Shown here one piece after another: positions 18,638 through 27,254 of a stretch of 64,000 nt of DNA. The notes beneath the pieces are model-generated. The model made no database searches and was not told where the DNA came from. It saw nothing but the letters and a program-made list of their open reading frames with translations. Position numbers and translations under genes: made by a program. The stretch is from assembly GCA_943787795.1 (NCBI GenBank), contig CALSNU010000001.1, positions 32,001-96,000 on the forward strand. The letters are read 5' to 3'. Every line of letters begins with the position of its first letter. The first letter of the stretch is position 1. The stretch is from an uncultured bacterium. Its GTDB lineage: Bacteria; Planctomycetota; UBA1135; GCA-002686595.

Positions 18638-21150
18638 GACCGCGGCCTCCGTCCACTCTGATCTTCTGGCCGGTCTCAAGGGCCCCGGTGACCCCGGGGA
18701 CCCCCACCACGGTGGGCAGTCCGTACTCTCGGGCGAGGATCGCGCCGTGGGAGAGGAGGCCGCCGCGCTCCACGACGAGCCCGGAGATCAGGGGGAACAG
18801 GGGCGCCCATCCCGGATCGGTCTGTCGCGTGACGAGGATGTCGCCGGGCGCGACCTCCCCGGCGTCCGCGAGGTCGGTCAGGACCACGGCGCGCCCCGTG
18901 ATGACCCCGGCGCACGCGCCCGCCCCGTCGAGGCGCGAGGTGTCCCCGGCCTCCTCCTCGCTGCCGATCCACACCTCACCCTCGGGGAGCATGAAGGCGC
19001 TCGGTGGACGGACGTCGGCCTGTCGGGTGTGTTCCTCGCGGCGCACGGCGGCGACTCGAGTCGCGCTGGACGGCTGGAGCGCGGTGCCCGCGGCGAGGTC
19101 ACAGAGCTCCTCAAGGGAGAAGTACACCGCGTCATCTGCGTGCTCCACCATTCCCTCTCGGACCATGGCGGCGCCCAGCGCGAGGGCGACGTCCCGCAGC
19201 CGGCGGTAGAGCAGCGCCTGCTTGCCGCGCGCGCGCTCACGCATGGTGACCGACCGGCCGCAGGCCCGGGCGATGGGACCGAGCACGAGGCCCCGCCAGC
19301 CGCCGAGCTCGCGGCGCAGCCGCGCGACCGCGCGCAGGCGCTCGGCGGCTCGGACAGCCGCGACCTCGGCGGGGGCTGGGCCCTCGGCGTCGAGGTACGC
19401 GCGAAGCAGGGCCAGGACGCGGGACGGCTCCTCCTGGTAGCTCGGGACCGTGAACACGAGCTCACCGGAGCACCGGTGGCCGTGGTTCTCGAGCCACGCC
19501 TCGAAGGCGGCGCGGAAGCCCGCGTGTCTGGGTCTCTCCCGGATCGCCGCCAGGGCGACGGCGTCGTCGCCGCTGCGCAGGAGGGCCTCGAGCTCGCCGT
19601 CGGGCGCCGCGTGGACGAGGCGCGCCAGATCCCAAAGCCCGGCCGCGGGAGCGGCGCTCACCACGTCGAGGCCCTGGAGCAGCTCGCCGGCGGCAGCGCG
19701 CGGATCTCCGCTCACCGGGGAGAGCACCTTGAGGAGCAGGCCGTGGGTGATCATGGCGCTCGCGTCCGCCAGCCCAGCGTCGGTCCACTGGTGGCGACGA
19801 ATGCGCGTGAATCCCCCCACGCGGCCGCCGAGCTCCACGCGGTCGAGCTCGGCGAGGACCTCTCTGGAGGTGGATCGTGCGTAGGCGTCGACCCTCGACT
19901 CGAAGCGCTCGACGCCCCGCTCCAGGCCAAGCCAGGCCTGCGTCATACGAAACGCCGTGCCGCAGAGCCGCAGGGCGCCTCGCAGGCGCCCCTCCGGTGC
20001 CAGGCGATCGGCCTCTGGGAAGCCCTCTGCGCCTGTGAAGGCGTTGAAGGACGAGGTCAGGAACGCCCCGCCCGGCGCCTCCCGCATGACCGCGTGCAGG
20101 TTGGTCAGGTGGTAGTACAGCCGGCCCTCGTGGGCGCCGACGAGGCGCTGCAGGCGGGGCTCCGAGCGCTGCGAGCGCCGTCTCCGAGACCCCGATCACC
20201 CGAGCGAGGCCGCGGAAGTAGTGGGTGTAGCCAGTGGCAGCGACCGAGTACTGGAGCGGCGTGATCGGCGTGGGGAAGTTCTCGTCCACGTTGGCGTTGG
20301 TCCAGGCGACCTTCGGTCGGGAGCTTGCGACCGCCGTGATGGGGCGTGACTGGACCACGTGCAGCTCACCGTCCCGGGCGAGGACCCACTCCACGTCCTG
20401 CTCGGAGCCCCCGGTGCGCCGCGCCTGGGCCGCGAGGCGTGCGAGCTTGTCCCTGGCGCCGAGCAGCGCGGCGGGGTCGACCTCGTCCTCGAGCCGCTGC
20501 AGTTCAGTGACCGCTCCGGCCGCGTCGAGGGAGAGCCGCCCGGGGGTGACGCGCCCGGAGACCAGGTCCTCGCCCGGCCCGTGGACGTACTCCACCAGCG
20601 TCCGCTTCGCGCTGGGCTCGGCGGGGTCACAGGTGAAGAGGACCCCGGCGAAGTGGGCGCGGATCTGGCGCTGGACGAGCACGGCCAGCCCGCCGAGCGG
20701 GCGGCCCCTCCGCTCCTCATAGGCCCGCACGCGCTCGGCGGCGCGGGCGCCCCAGCACTCCCTTAGCGCACGCTCGAGTTGGTCCGCCCCGTCCACATCG
20801 GCGATGGACTCCAACATGCCCGCGAAGGAGGCGTCCGCGGAGTCCTCCCCGAGCCCAGAGCTGCGCACGATCAGCGTGCCGTCGAGATGTCGGCAGGCGT
20901 CGAGCAGCGCGACCCGGAGCGGCTCGGGGAGCGGGGTGCGGCGGATGCCGTCGGCGTCCATCTCTTCGAGCCCGGTGGCCTCGAGGTACTCCCGTCGGAA
21001 GGTGTCGCTGACCACGACGCCGACCGGGACCGGGAGGCCGGTCGCGGCCAGCGCCGCCTGGCTCGCGGCCTTGGCGCCGAAGAGCGCGGGGTCGAGGGCG
21101 GCTTCGAGCTTGACGAAGGGCGCCGCCTCGGCGGTGGAGTGGAGGCCCAT
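18615..21150 (-). CDS. PEP-utilising enzyme with rifampin-phosphotransferase-like architecture (ATP-grasp, substrate domain, His swivel); apparent +1 frameshift near 20153-20165
   Basis: GAKA...GLPVP, VRSSGLGEDSADASFAG, LVSGRVTP, QDVEW, VQSRPIT; WTNANVDENFP; C-terminal TDPGW...GGLLSHGAILAREYGLP. Removing one base gives ...LQRLVGAHEGRLYYHLTN and a 2535-nt ORF. Confidence 0.85.
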
Positions 21151-21734
21151 CAGGCGGGGCGCGCCTTGAAGCCCCGGCGCCAGAGGAGGACGTTGAAGAG
21201 CCAGTGGACGACCGGTCCCGCGAGCAGGACCACGAGCCACGTGCCGGCGGGGAGGCCGAAGGTGAGGTGCACTGCGAGGAGCAGGCCGAGGATGGAGTCG
21301 AGGCGGTCGGCGAGGAAGCAGGCGGTGGCAGCGAGCCGGCCGCGGGGGGCGCCGCCGGGGGCCACGTCCAGCTGCCGCTTCACGAACGAGTTGGGCAGCT
21401 CGCCCAGCATGAAGCCGAGCCCGCCGACGAGCCCGAGCAGCGAGTAGCCCGCGGGGCTGAGGTCCCAGAGGTGCTCGGCGGCTGGCGTGACGGCCGTGAG
21501 CACGACGCCGAGGGCGAGGCAGGTGAGCCCCGACGCGGGCACCATCACCACGAGGCCGCGGAGCGTCTTGTTGGCGCCGAACAGGCGCCGCCCGCGGAAG
21601 CGGAGGCCGGCGTCGAGGGGGATCCGGAGGGACTCGAGGGCGGAGCCGGGGAGCCAGCGGGTCTGGAGCCAGCCGGAGAGAGAGAAGGCCGTGAGCAGGA
21701 ACAGCCCGCGGGCCAGGGCGTCGGGTTCGATCAC
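21150..21734 (-). CDS. CDP-archaeol synthase (CarS / DUF46)-like membrane cytidylyltransferase
   Basis: PLDAG...GRRLFGANKTLRG, GELPNSFVKRQLDVAPG, DRLDS. The GTG start overlaps the desaturase stop, and the stop overlaps the next ATG. Confidence 0.8.
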   Translation of the reverse strand: MIEPDALARGLFLLTAFSLSGWLQTRWLPGSALESLRIPLDAGLRFRGRRLFGANKTLRGLVVMVPASGLTCLALGVVLTAVTPAAEHLWDLSPAGYSLLGLVGGLGFMLGELPNSFVKRQLDVAPGGAPRGRLAATACFLADRLDSILGLLLAVHLTFGLPAGTWLVVLLAGPVVHWLFNVLLWRRGFKARPA

Positions 21735-22705
21735 AGCTGGAACTCCGTGGTGCTCGAGTTCTCGAAGAGGAAGCGCTCGCCGGAGAGGCGCTTGGCGCCG
21801 CGCAGGAACTGCCAGGCGCTGACCCGACGCGGCGGCACCCACGGCACCTGGTGGAGGCGATAGCCGGGGACCTGCGGGTAGGCGTGGTGCCGCTCGTGTT
21901 CGCCCGTGCCGCAGAGGAGCCCGAGGCTGATCCACGGGGGGAAGGCCACGGAGCGGGTGTACTCGGTCTGATCGGTCCCGAGCCTCGGGCGGACGGGGTC
22001 CGCGCCCGCGGTGGGCATGGGGATGTGGGTGTGCTGGCTGAGGATCAGCGGGTCCTGGAAGGCGAGGCCGAGGACGAGCCCGGGGCCGACGAGCCAGAGC
22101 AGCTGCAGGGGACCGACCGCAGCGGCGAGAGCGGCGTAGGCCAGGAGGTGGACCAGCGCGGCGCGCCGCGCGGCTGGCCCCCTTCCCGGGTGGAATTGCT
22201 CCAGGCGACGGACGTTCCAGAAGTTGTTCCACCGGTAGGCGATCGAGAACAGCGGGAGCCAGGTGCGCCACGCGAGGTTGGCGAGCCGGCGCTCCAGCCG
22301 GCCGCGGGTCCGCGGGGCCAGGGACTCGGTGGTCGAGTCCCGGTCCTGCCAGCCCGTCCAGCGGTGGTGCCCCGCGTGGACGAGGCGCCAGGTGGAGAAG
22401 GGGATCAGCGCGATGAATCCCGCCACGTGACCCGCGACGCGGTTCAGGGAACGAGAGGGGAAGAGGTTTCCGTGCCCGGCCTCGTGGAGCAGGCAGAACC
22501 ACTGCAGGCTCCCGAGCCCGATCAGCAGCTGCCCGGTGGCCCAGAGGAGGAGCGATCCCTGGGCAGCTAGCGCCACGCCACCGCCGACCAGCGCGAGGCC
22601 GCTGGCGACGAACGCGGCCCCGGCAGCGCTGACGGGACGGAGTCCGTCGACGGTCTGAGGGTCAGGGATGAGTGCAGGCGAGGAGGCAGGATCCTTGATC
22701 GGCAT
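21731..22705 (-). CDS. Membrane fatty acid desaturase family protein
   Basis: Three His boxes (HEAGH, HAGHH, HERHH) plus SQH, with TM segments. Confidence 0.88.
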   Translation of the reverse strand: MPIKDPASSPALIPDPQTVDGLRPVSAAGAAFVASGLALVGGGVALAAQGSLLLWATGQLLIGLGSLQWFCLLHEAGHGNLFPSRSLNRVAGHVAGFIALIPFSTWRLVHAGHHRWTGWQDRDSTTESLAPRTRGRLERRLANLAWRTWLPLFSIAYRWNNFWNVRRLEQFHPGRGPAARRAALVHLLAYAALAAAVGPLQLLWLVGPGLVLGLAFQDPLILSQHTHIPMPTAGADPVRPRLGTDQTEYTRSVAFPPWISLGLLCGTGEHERHHAYPQVPGYRLHQVPWVPPRRVSAWQFLRGAKRLSGERFLFENSSTTEFQL

Positions 22706-22724
22706 CACGACCACACCATGCGCT

Positions 22725-24941
22725 TCAGCCGGCGCTGATCCGAGGGTGTTCCCGCTGATCGACGGACCAAGCGAGGCTTATCGACCGGACGCCGTGCGCC
22801 GGACGCCGTGCGCTGGGCAGCGGACGGAGCTGCTCGAGCTCAAGGTCGGCAACAGGGAGCACTCCTGGGGTGCTGCGGCCGGCAGAGGGCCTCCGAGGAG
22901 TGCCCGCCATGTGCCGGCCTGGTTCGCCTGCCCCGTGTTCGCCTGCCCCGTGTTCGCCTGCCCCGTGTTCGCCTGCACTGTGCTCGCCTGCACTGTGCTC
23001 GCCTGCGCCGTGCTTGCTTGCGCCGGGGGCAGCGCCCGGGAGGGGTCGCCTCCGGGACCGTCCGCGCCCGTCAGTCGACGGTGTCCGCCGACGGCCCGTC
23101 GGGGGCCCGTCGGGGGCCGGCGCCGCAGGGGCGCCCTCGGGGTCCTCGCCTCGGCCCCTGACGCGAATGCGTGCCACGTAGATCGCGGTGCGCAGCTCAT
23201 GGCTCGAGTAGTACGAGAGGAGCAGGTCGTCCCCGTCGAGCACCGCGCCCGGATAGCTCGTGTCTCCCCCTGAGGGGAGCACCAGGAGGCTTTGGAACGC
23301 GCCGTCCAGGGTCACCTCTCCCACGGCGGTCCGGGGCGTACCGTCCCGGTAGACGCGGCCGGCGGCGAGCATGCGCCCATCGTCGAGGACGATCAGCTCC
23401 GGGCCGCCGAGGTGCTCGGGGAGGTCCACCCAGGTCCACTCTTCGAAGGGGGGCGAGGCGTGGCCGATGCGCGCGGTGGCGCTGAAGGGGTCCCGCCGAA
23501 CGAGGGCGACCAGTCGGCCGTCCGGGAGGGCGCGGAGCGTGGCCTCGTTGGGCTGGCCTGGATGATCGAAGGAGGCGACGAGGTCGTACCGGACGCCGCC
23601 CTCGGTGCGCACTAGGTGGTGGCCCGGGGGGCTCGCTTGCGGCTGATACACGACGCCGAAGCCGGCCTTCTTGGCCCAGGTCACGCGCCATAGCCAGTCG
23701 TCCTTGGACGCGATCTTCGCGTCCAGCGTGGCGGCTCGCATTCGAGTCGGGAACTCGGCCCCACGCCCCCAGAAGGCGACCCTCGGCGCCCGCCCCTGGA
23801 GCACGCCGTCGAGGTACCTGGAGCCGCCCGCGAGGATCATGAGCTCCCCGCCAGGGGTCACGCTCACCTTCGGGTCGCGCAGGTCCACGCCGGGCTCCTC
23901 AAGGAGGCCCCGTGAGCTCCAGGTCAGGCCGTCCCGCGAGGTGAGCACCCGCACCCTCCCGTCGGCGCCGTTCACGTGCCCGTCGCCCTCTCGGAAGGTC
24001 AGGACGAGGTCCTCGCCGAAGCGGCAGAGGTCGGTGAAGGCCTGGTGGGGGGCGTCGTCCCACGCGCGCTGCACGTCGAGCAGCTCCAGCGTGAGGAGGC
24101 CGGCCTCGTCGCTGGCGGGGCGCGGGTGGGCCTCGAAGAACCTCGCCGCGAGCCCGTGGAAGTCAGGGTGCCTGCGATGGCCGCCGCCGTGCTCGAAGAG
24201 CAGGACGTCGCCGTGGCTGCCGCTCGGGTAGCGGGTGACCCGCTCGTCGACGGCCCAGGGGCGGCCCGCCTCACAGGCGCGCTGCGCGCGGAGCTTGCGA
24301 AGAGCGTCGTCCTGCCAGGCCCACTGCACCACGCGATCCCCCCGGCAGCCCGCGTGGAAGACCGGCCGCGGGGGCAGGGTCGCACCGCCCCGGAGCAGCC
24401 GTGACGCGGCCGATGACGGCGCCACCGAGGCGAGCACGTCGCCGCGGGTGGCGAGGAGCAGGTAGGTGAAGCCGCCACCGTTGGAGTGTCCGGTGGCGTG
24501 CACCCGGTCGGGGTCCACGCGGAAGTCCACCCTCGCCCGGGCAAGGAGGGCATCAAAGAAGGCGAGGTCCCGGTCGCCCTCGTCGCCCGGCGCGTGCTGC
24601 CAGCCGGAGAGCTTGCCCTCCGGGTCCGTGAACCCGGCGGTGGCGAGGCCCTGGGGGTAGATGACCACCGCTTCTGGCCACGCCCTGTGGAGGGGAGCCC
24701 CCCGCGCGGTCGCCCGAGCGCGGCCGCCGTGGCCGTGGAAGGCGAAGACCAGCGGTGCGGCGGGCCCGCGCTCATCCTCGCCACGAAGGGCCTCGTCCGG
24801 CGCGAAGACGAGCGCCTCACGAGCGACCCCGTCCACCTCGAGGGTCCAGCGCTCCTGCGCGCTCGCTTCAGCCGAGCCGAGCACGGCGGCCACGAGGACC
24901 AGGGCCTGAGCGGCGCGTCGGAGGATGCAGAGGCCGCTCAA
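22725..24941 (-). CDS. Secreted fusion: PHB-depolymerase/CE1-like esterase + sialidase-like (BNR) propeller, with a low-complexity tail
   Basis: Probable TTG start at 24941 with signal peptide. FHGHGG, YPQG, GHSNGG in the first domain; HQAFTDL, DLRDPK, PNEATL, GDTSYPG, SYYSSHE in the second. The last ~145 codons are low-complexity. Confidence 0.7.
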   Translation of the reverse strand: MSGLCILRRAAQALVLVAAVLGSAEASAQERWTLEVDGVAREALVFAPDEALRGEDERGPAAPLVFAFHGHGGRARATARGAPLHRAWPEAVVIYPQGLATAGFTDPEGKLSGWQHAPGDEGDRDLAFFDALLARARVDFRVDPDRVHATGHSNGGGFTYLLLATRGDVLASVAPSSAASRLLRGGATLPPRPVFHAGCRGDRVVQWAWQDDALRKLRAQRACEAGRPWAVDERVTRYPSGSHGDVLLFEHGGGHRRHPDFHGLAARFFEAHPRPASDEAGLLTLELLDVQRAWDDAPHQAFTDLCRFGEDLVLTFREGDGHVNGADGRVRVLTSRDGLTWSSRGLLEEPGVDLRDPKVSVTPGGELMILAGGSRYLDGVLQGRAPRVAFWGRGAEFPTRMRAATLDAKIASKDDWLWRVTWAKKAGFGVVYQPQASPPGHHLVRTEGGVRYDLVASFDHPGQPNEATLRALPDGRLVALVRRDPFSATARIGHASPPFEEWTWVDLPEHLGGPELIVLDDGRMLAAGRVYRDGTPRTAVGEVTLDGAFQSLLVLPSGGDTSYPGAVLDGDDLLLSYYSSHELRTAIYVARIRVRGRGEDPEGAPAAPAPDGPPTGRRRTPSTDGRGRSRRRPLPGAAPGASKHGAGEHSAGEHSAGEHGAGEHGAGEHGAGEPGRHMAGTPRRPSAGRSTPGVLPVADLELEQLRPLPSARRPAHGVRSISLAWSVDQREHPRISAG
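22922..23026 (+). repeat. Seven degenerate 15-bp tandem units
   Basis: gttcgcctgccccgt x3, gttcgcctgcactgt, gctcgcctgcactgt, gctcgcctgcgccgt, gcttgcttgcgccgg. Confidence 0.9.
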
Positions 24942-24942
24942 C

Positions 24943-26427
24943 TCACTCCCCCTGGAAGCACCAGAGGCTGTTCTCGGTCCGGACGAACAGGGCTCCGTCC
25001 ACCACCGCGGGGGTCGCGAAGAGCCCGTCCTTGAGGTCGACGTAGTGCACGATCTCGAGCCCCTCCGCCTCGGCGTCGAGCACGTAGAGGGTGCCCTCCG
25101 CGGATCCCACGAGGACGTGTCCGGCCAGGCCCATGGGTGACATGTAGTACTCGCTGCGGTCCGGCAGCCGCTCACGGTCGAGGACGCGCTTGCCGGTCGC
25201 CGCGTCAATGGCGCTCACGATGCCGCCCGCCTTCATGAGCCAGATGCGGCCCCGGTAGAGCAGCGGAGAGGCGACGTAGGGGAGGCCGCGTTTCCACGTC
25301 CACTCCACGTGGCTCGCGGTGACGTCGCCCTCGCCGCCGCGGCGGATGGCCATCAAGACGTTGGCGCCCGGGCTCTCAGCCCCTCCGGGGGGCGTGATGA
25401 GCTCCGGCCGCTCCCATACGCCGTTCTTGTTCTGGTCGAGGAACCCGAAGGCGTCCTTGGCCCGGCACTCGGGGAGCTCGTCCAGCTCGACCGTCCCGTT
25501 GTCGTTGGCGTCGAGCCGGTCGAAGAGCAGGTTCGGATCGGCCACCTCCTCGTCCGAGAGCTCCAGCGAGCGACCAAAGCCGGCGTCCCAGAAGGACCGG
25601 CCCGTGGCGTTGGGGGTGCTCCAGGCGCCGAAGAAGAGGGTGTCCGCGTTGGCGGTGGGGGTCGTGCAGCTGAAGACCGTGACGCCGCTCACGTTCCACA
25701 GGGGCGCGCCCGTCTTCGGGTCGAAGGAGCACACCTGGCTCGTCCCCCCGATGATCAGCTCCTCGCGGTCCGCGTTGCTCCAGAGGAAGGGCGTCCCGTG
25801 GCTCTCGATGAAGCCAAAGCGATCGATCTTCCAGGCGACCTCGCCGCTCTCGGCGTCGAAGGCGAAGACCGCCGCCTCCGGCGCGCCGTCGCGCGAGAGG
25901 ATCACGTTGCCGCCGGCAAGGATGGGTGAGGTGCCGACGCCGAAGCCGTAGCCGGGGTGGGGCATGCGCTCTTCCCAGAGCAGCTGCCCCTCGAGGTCGA
26001 GTGCCACGAGGCCGTAGGAGTCCACGTAGACGAAGAGCCGCTCGCCGTCCGTACAGGGCGTCGAGACCGCAGGGACCGCGTCCGCGTGGGAGTAGCTCGG
26101 CGGGTTCTCGGCGAGGAAGCTCCGGCGCCACAGCTCATCGCCCGTGTCCGTATCGATGCCGACCACCACGCCGCGGGCCCCGACCTGCCCCGTGAGGAAG
26201 ACCTTGCGCTCGTGGACGCAGGGCGAGGAGTGCCCCGCGGGCAGCGCGGCGCGCCAGAGCAGGTGCCGCTCGGGTCCAAAGTCGAGGGGGATCGTGGAGT
26301 CCTCGGAGACCGGATGTCCACCGGGCCCGCGGAACTGGGGCCACGAGGAGGCCTCATCATGCTGCGCCGCGAGGACGGGACCGAGCGACGTGATGAAGAG
26401 CGACAGCGGTAGAGCGAGGAGGCGCAT
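24943..26427 (-). CDS. PQQ-like beta-propeller protein (planctomycete type) with inserted EF-hand-like pair
   Basis: WPQFRGP, GHSSP, GTSPIL, YVASPL, FATPAV repeats; inserted DANDNGTVELDE and DQNKNGVWERPE. Confidence 0.85.
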   Translation of the reverse strand: MRLLALPLSLFITSLGPVLAAQHDEASSWPQFRGPGGHPVSEDSTIPLDFGPERHLLWRAALPAGHSSPCVHERKVFLTGQVGARGVVVGIDTDTGDELWRRSFLAENPPSYSHADAVPAVSTPCTDGERLFVYVDSYGLVALDLEGQLLWEERMPHPGYGFGVGTSPILAGGNVILSRDGAPEAAVFAFDAESGEVAWKIDRFGFIESHGTPFLWSNADREELIIGGTSQVCSFDPKTGAPLWNVSGVTVFSCTTPTANADTLFFGAWSTPNATGRSFWDAGFGRSLELSDEEVADPNLLFDRLDANDNGTVELDELPECRAKDAFGFLDQNKNGVWERPELITPPGGAESPGANVLMAIRRGGEGDVTASHVEWTWKRGLPYVASPLLYRGRIWLMKAGGIVSAIDAATGKRVLDRERLPDRSEYYMSPMGLAGHVLVGSAEGTLYVLDAEAEGLEIVHYVDLKDGLFATPAVVDGALFVRTENSLWCFQGE

Positions 26428-26435
26428 CGGAGGGG

Positions 26436-26550
26436 CGGGCACGGGAATGCTGGGCACGGGGATGCCGGGGAAAGGGACGCGGGGAAGGGGACGCGGCGAA
26501 GAAGGCGCGGTGAAGAGGACGCGGTGAAGGGGACGCAGGGGAAGGGGCGG
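26436..26550 (+). repeat. Degenerate 14-15-bp tandem array upstream of the propeller gene
   Basis: Two 15-mers (ygggcacgggratgc), then ggggaaagggacgc, ggggaaggggacgc, ggcgaagaaggcgc, ggtgaagaggacgc, ggtgaaggggacgc. Confidence 0.75.
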
Positions 26551-26729
26551 CAGAGGACAGCCCCGTCCATGATGACCTCAGGGATGCCGAGCGCCTTGGC
26601 TGCGCCGAAGAAGTTCTCCTCTCTGGATAGGGGAGAAGGGCGGGCGCTAAAGGAATGGCGGAGGTGCGCCGATTGACACCGTACGGACACATCCGCCTCC
26701 CCTTGAACCCTGCGAGCCCGCCCTTCCCC

Positions 26730-27224
26730 ATGAGTTTCAACAAGCAGAAGTCCCAGCGATACGCCTTCGCCAACGAGCGCATGAAGCGCGCGATGGCGCA
26801 AGGGTTCTACCTGGAGGCCATCACGATCTCCGAGTCGTTGATCACCGATCGCCTCCTCTCGAGCCTCGATCGCCGCCACGGTGTGAAGCGCAACCCGCGC
26901 ACGGGCCTGCACCGCTTGATCAACGCCCACCTCGACGAGACGCTCCTCGACCGCTCATCCCAGACCAGGGAGGAGAAGCTGATCGACGTGTTCTCTGCGC
27001 TCCGGGTCTGGAAGGACAAGCGCAACGAGCTGCTCCACGGCATTGCCAAGTGTCTCCCTGGTGATGAACTGCAATCCGGCTCGATCCTCATGGAGCGCGC
27101 GAAGACCGCGGCGGAGGAGGGCCTCCGCCTGTTCCGCCACCTCGATAACTGGCATGGCCGCCATGCCCGAAGGGCGGCGAGCGCCGCCGCACCCTCGGCG
27201 AGTACCGCGAAGCGGGCCGCCTAG
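26730..27224 (+). CDS. Small helical protein with HEPN-like RxxxxH motif
   Basis: YLEAITISESLITDRL near the N-terminus and WKDKRNELLHG near the C-terminus. Confidence 0.55.
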   Translation: MSFNKQKSQRYAFANERMKRAMAQGFYLEAITISESLITDRLLSSLDRRHGVKRNPRTGLHRLINAHLDETLLDRSSQTREEKLIDVFSALRVWKDKRNELLHGIAKCLPGDELQSGSILMERAKTAAEEGLRLFRHLDNWHGRHARRAASAAAPSASTAKRAA

Positions 27225-27254
27225 GAGCGGACCCCGAAGTCACGGTGGGGCGGG

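Noticed and set aside
18615..21150. Housekeeping PEP synthase (ppsA) or PPDK
   Set aside because: The His domain is C-terminal and the pyruvate-binding barrel is absent.
22922..23026. Possible CRISPR array (also considered for 49081-49216 and 51384-51450)
   Set aside because: Units are 14-16 bp and abut with no unique spacers; no cas genes in the window.
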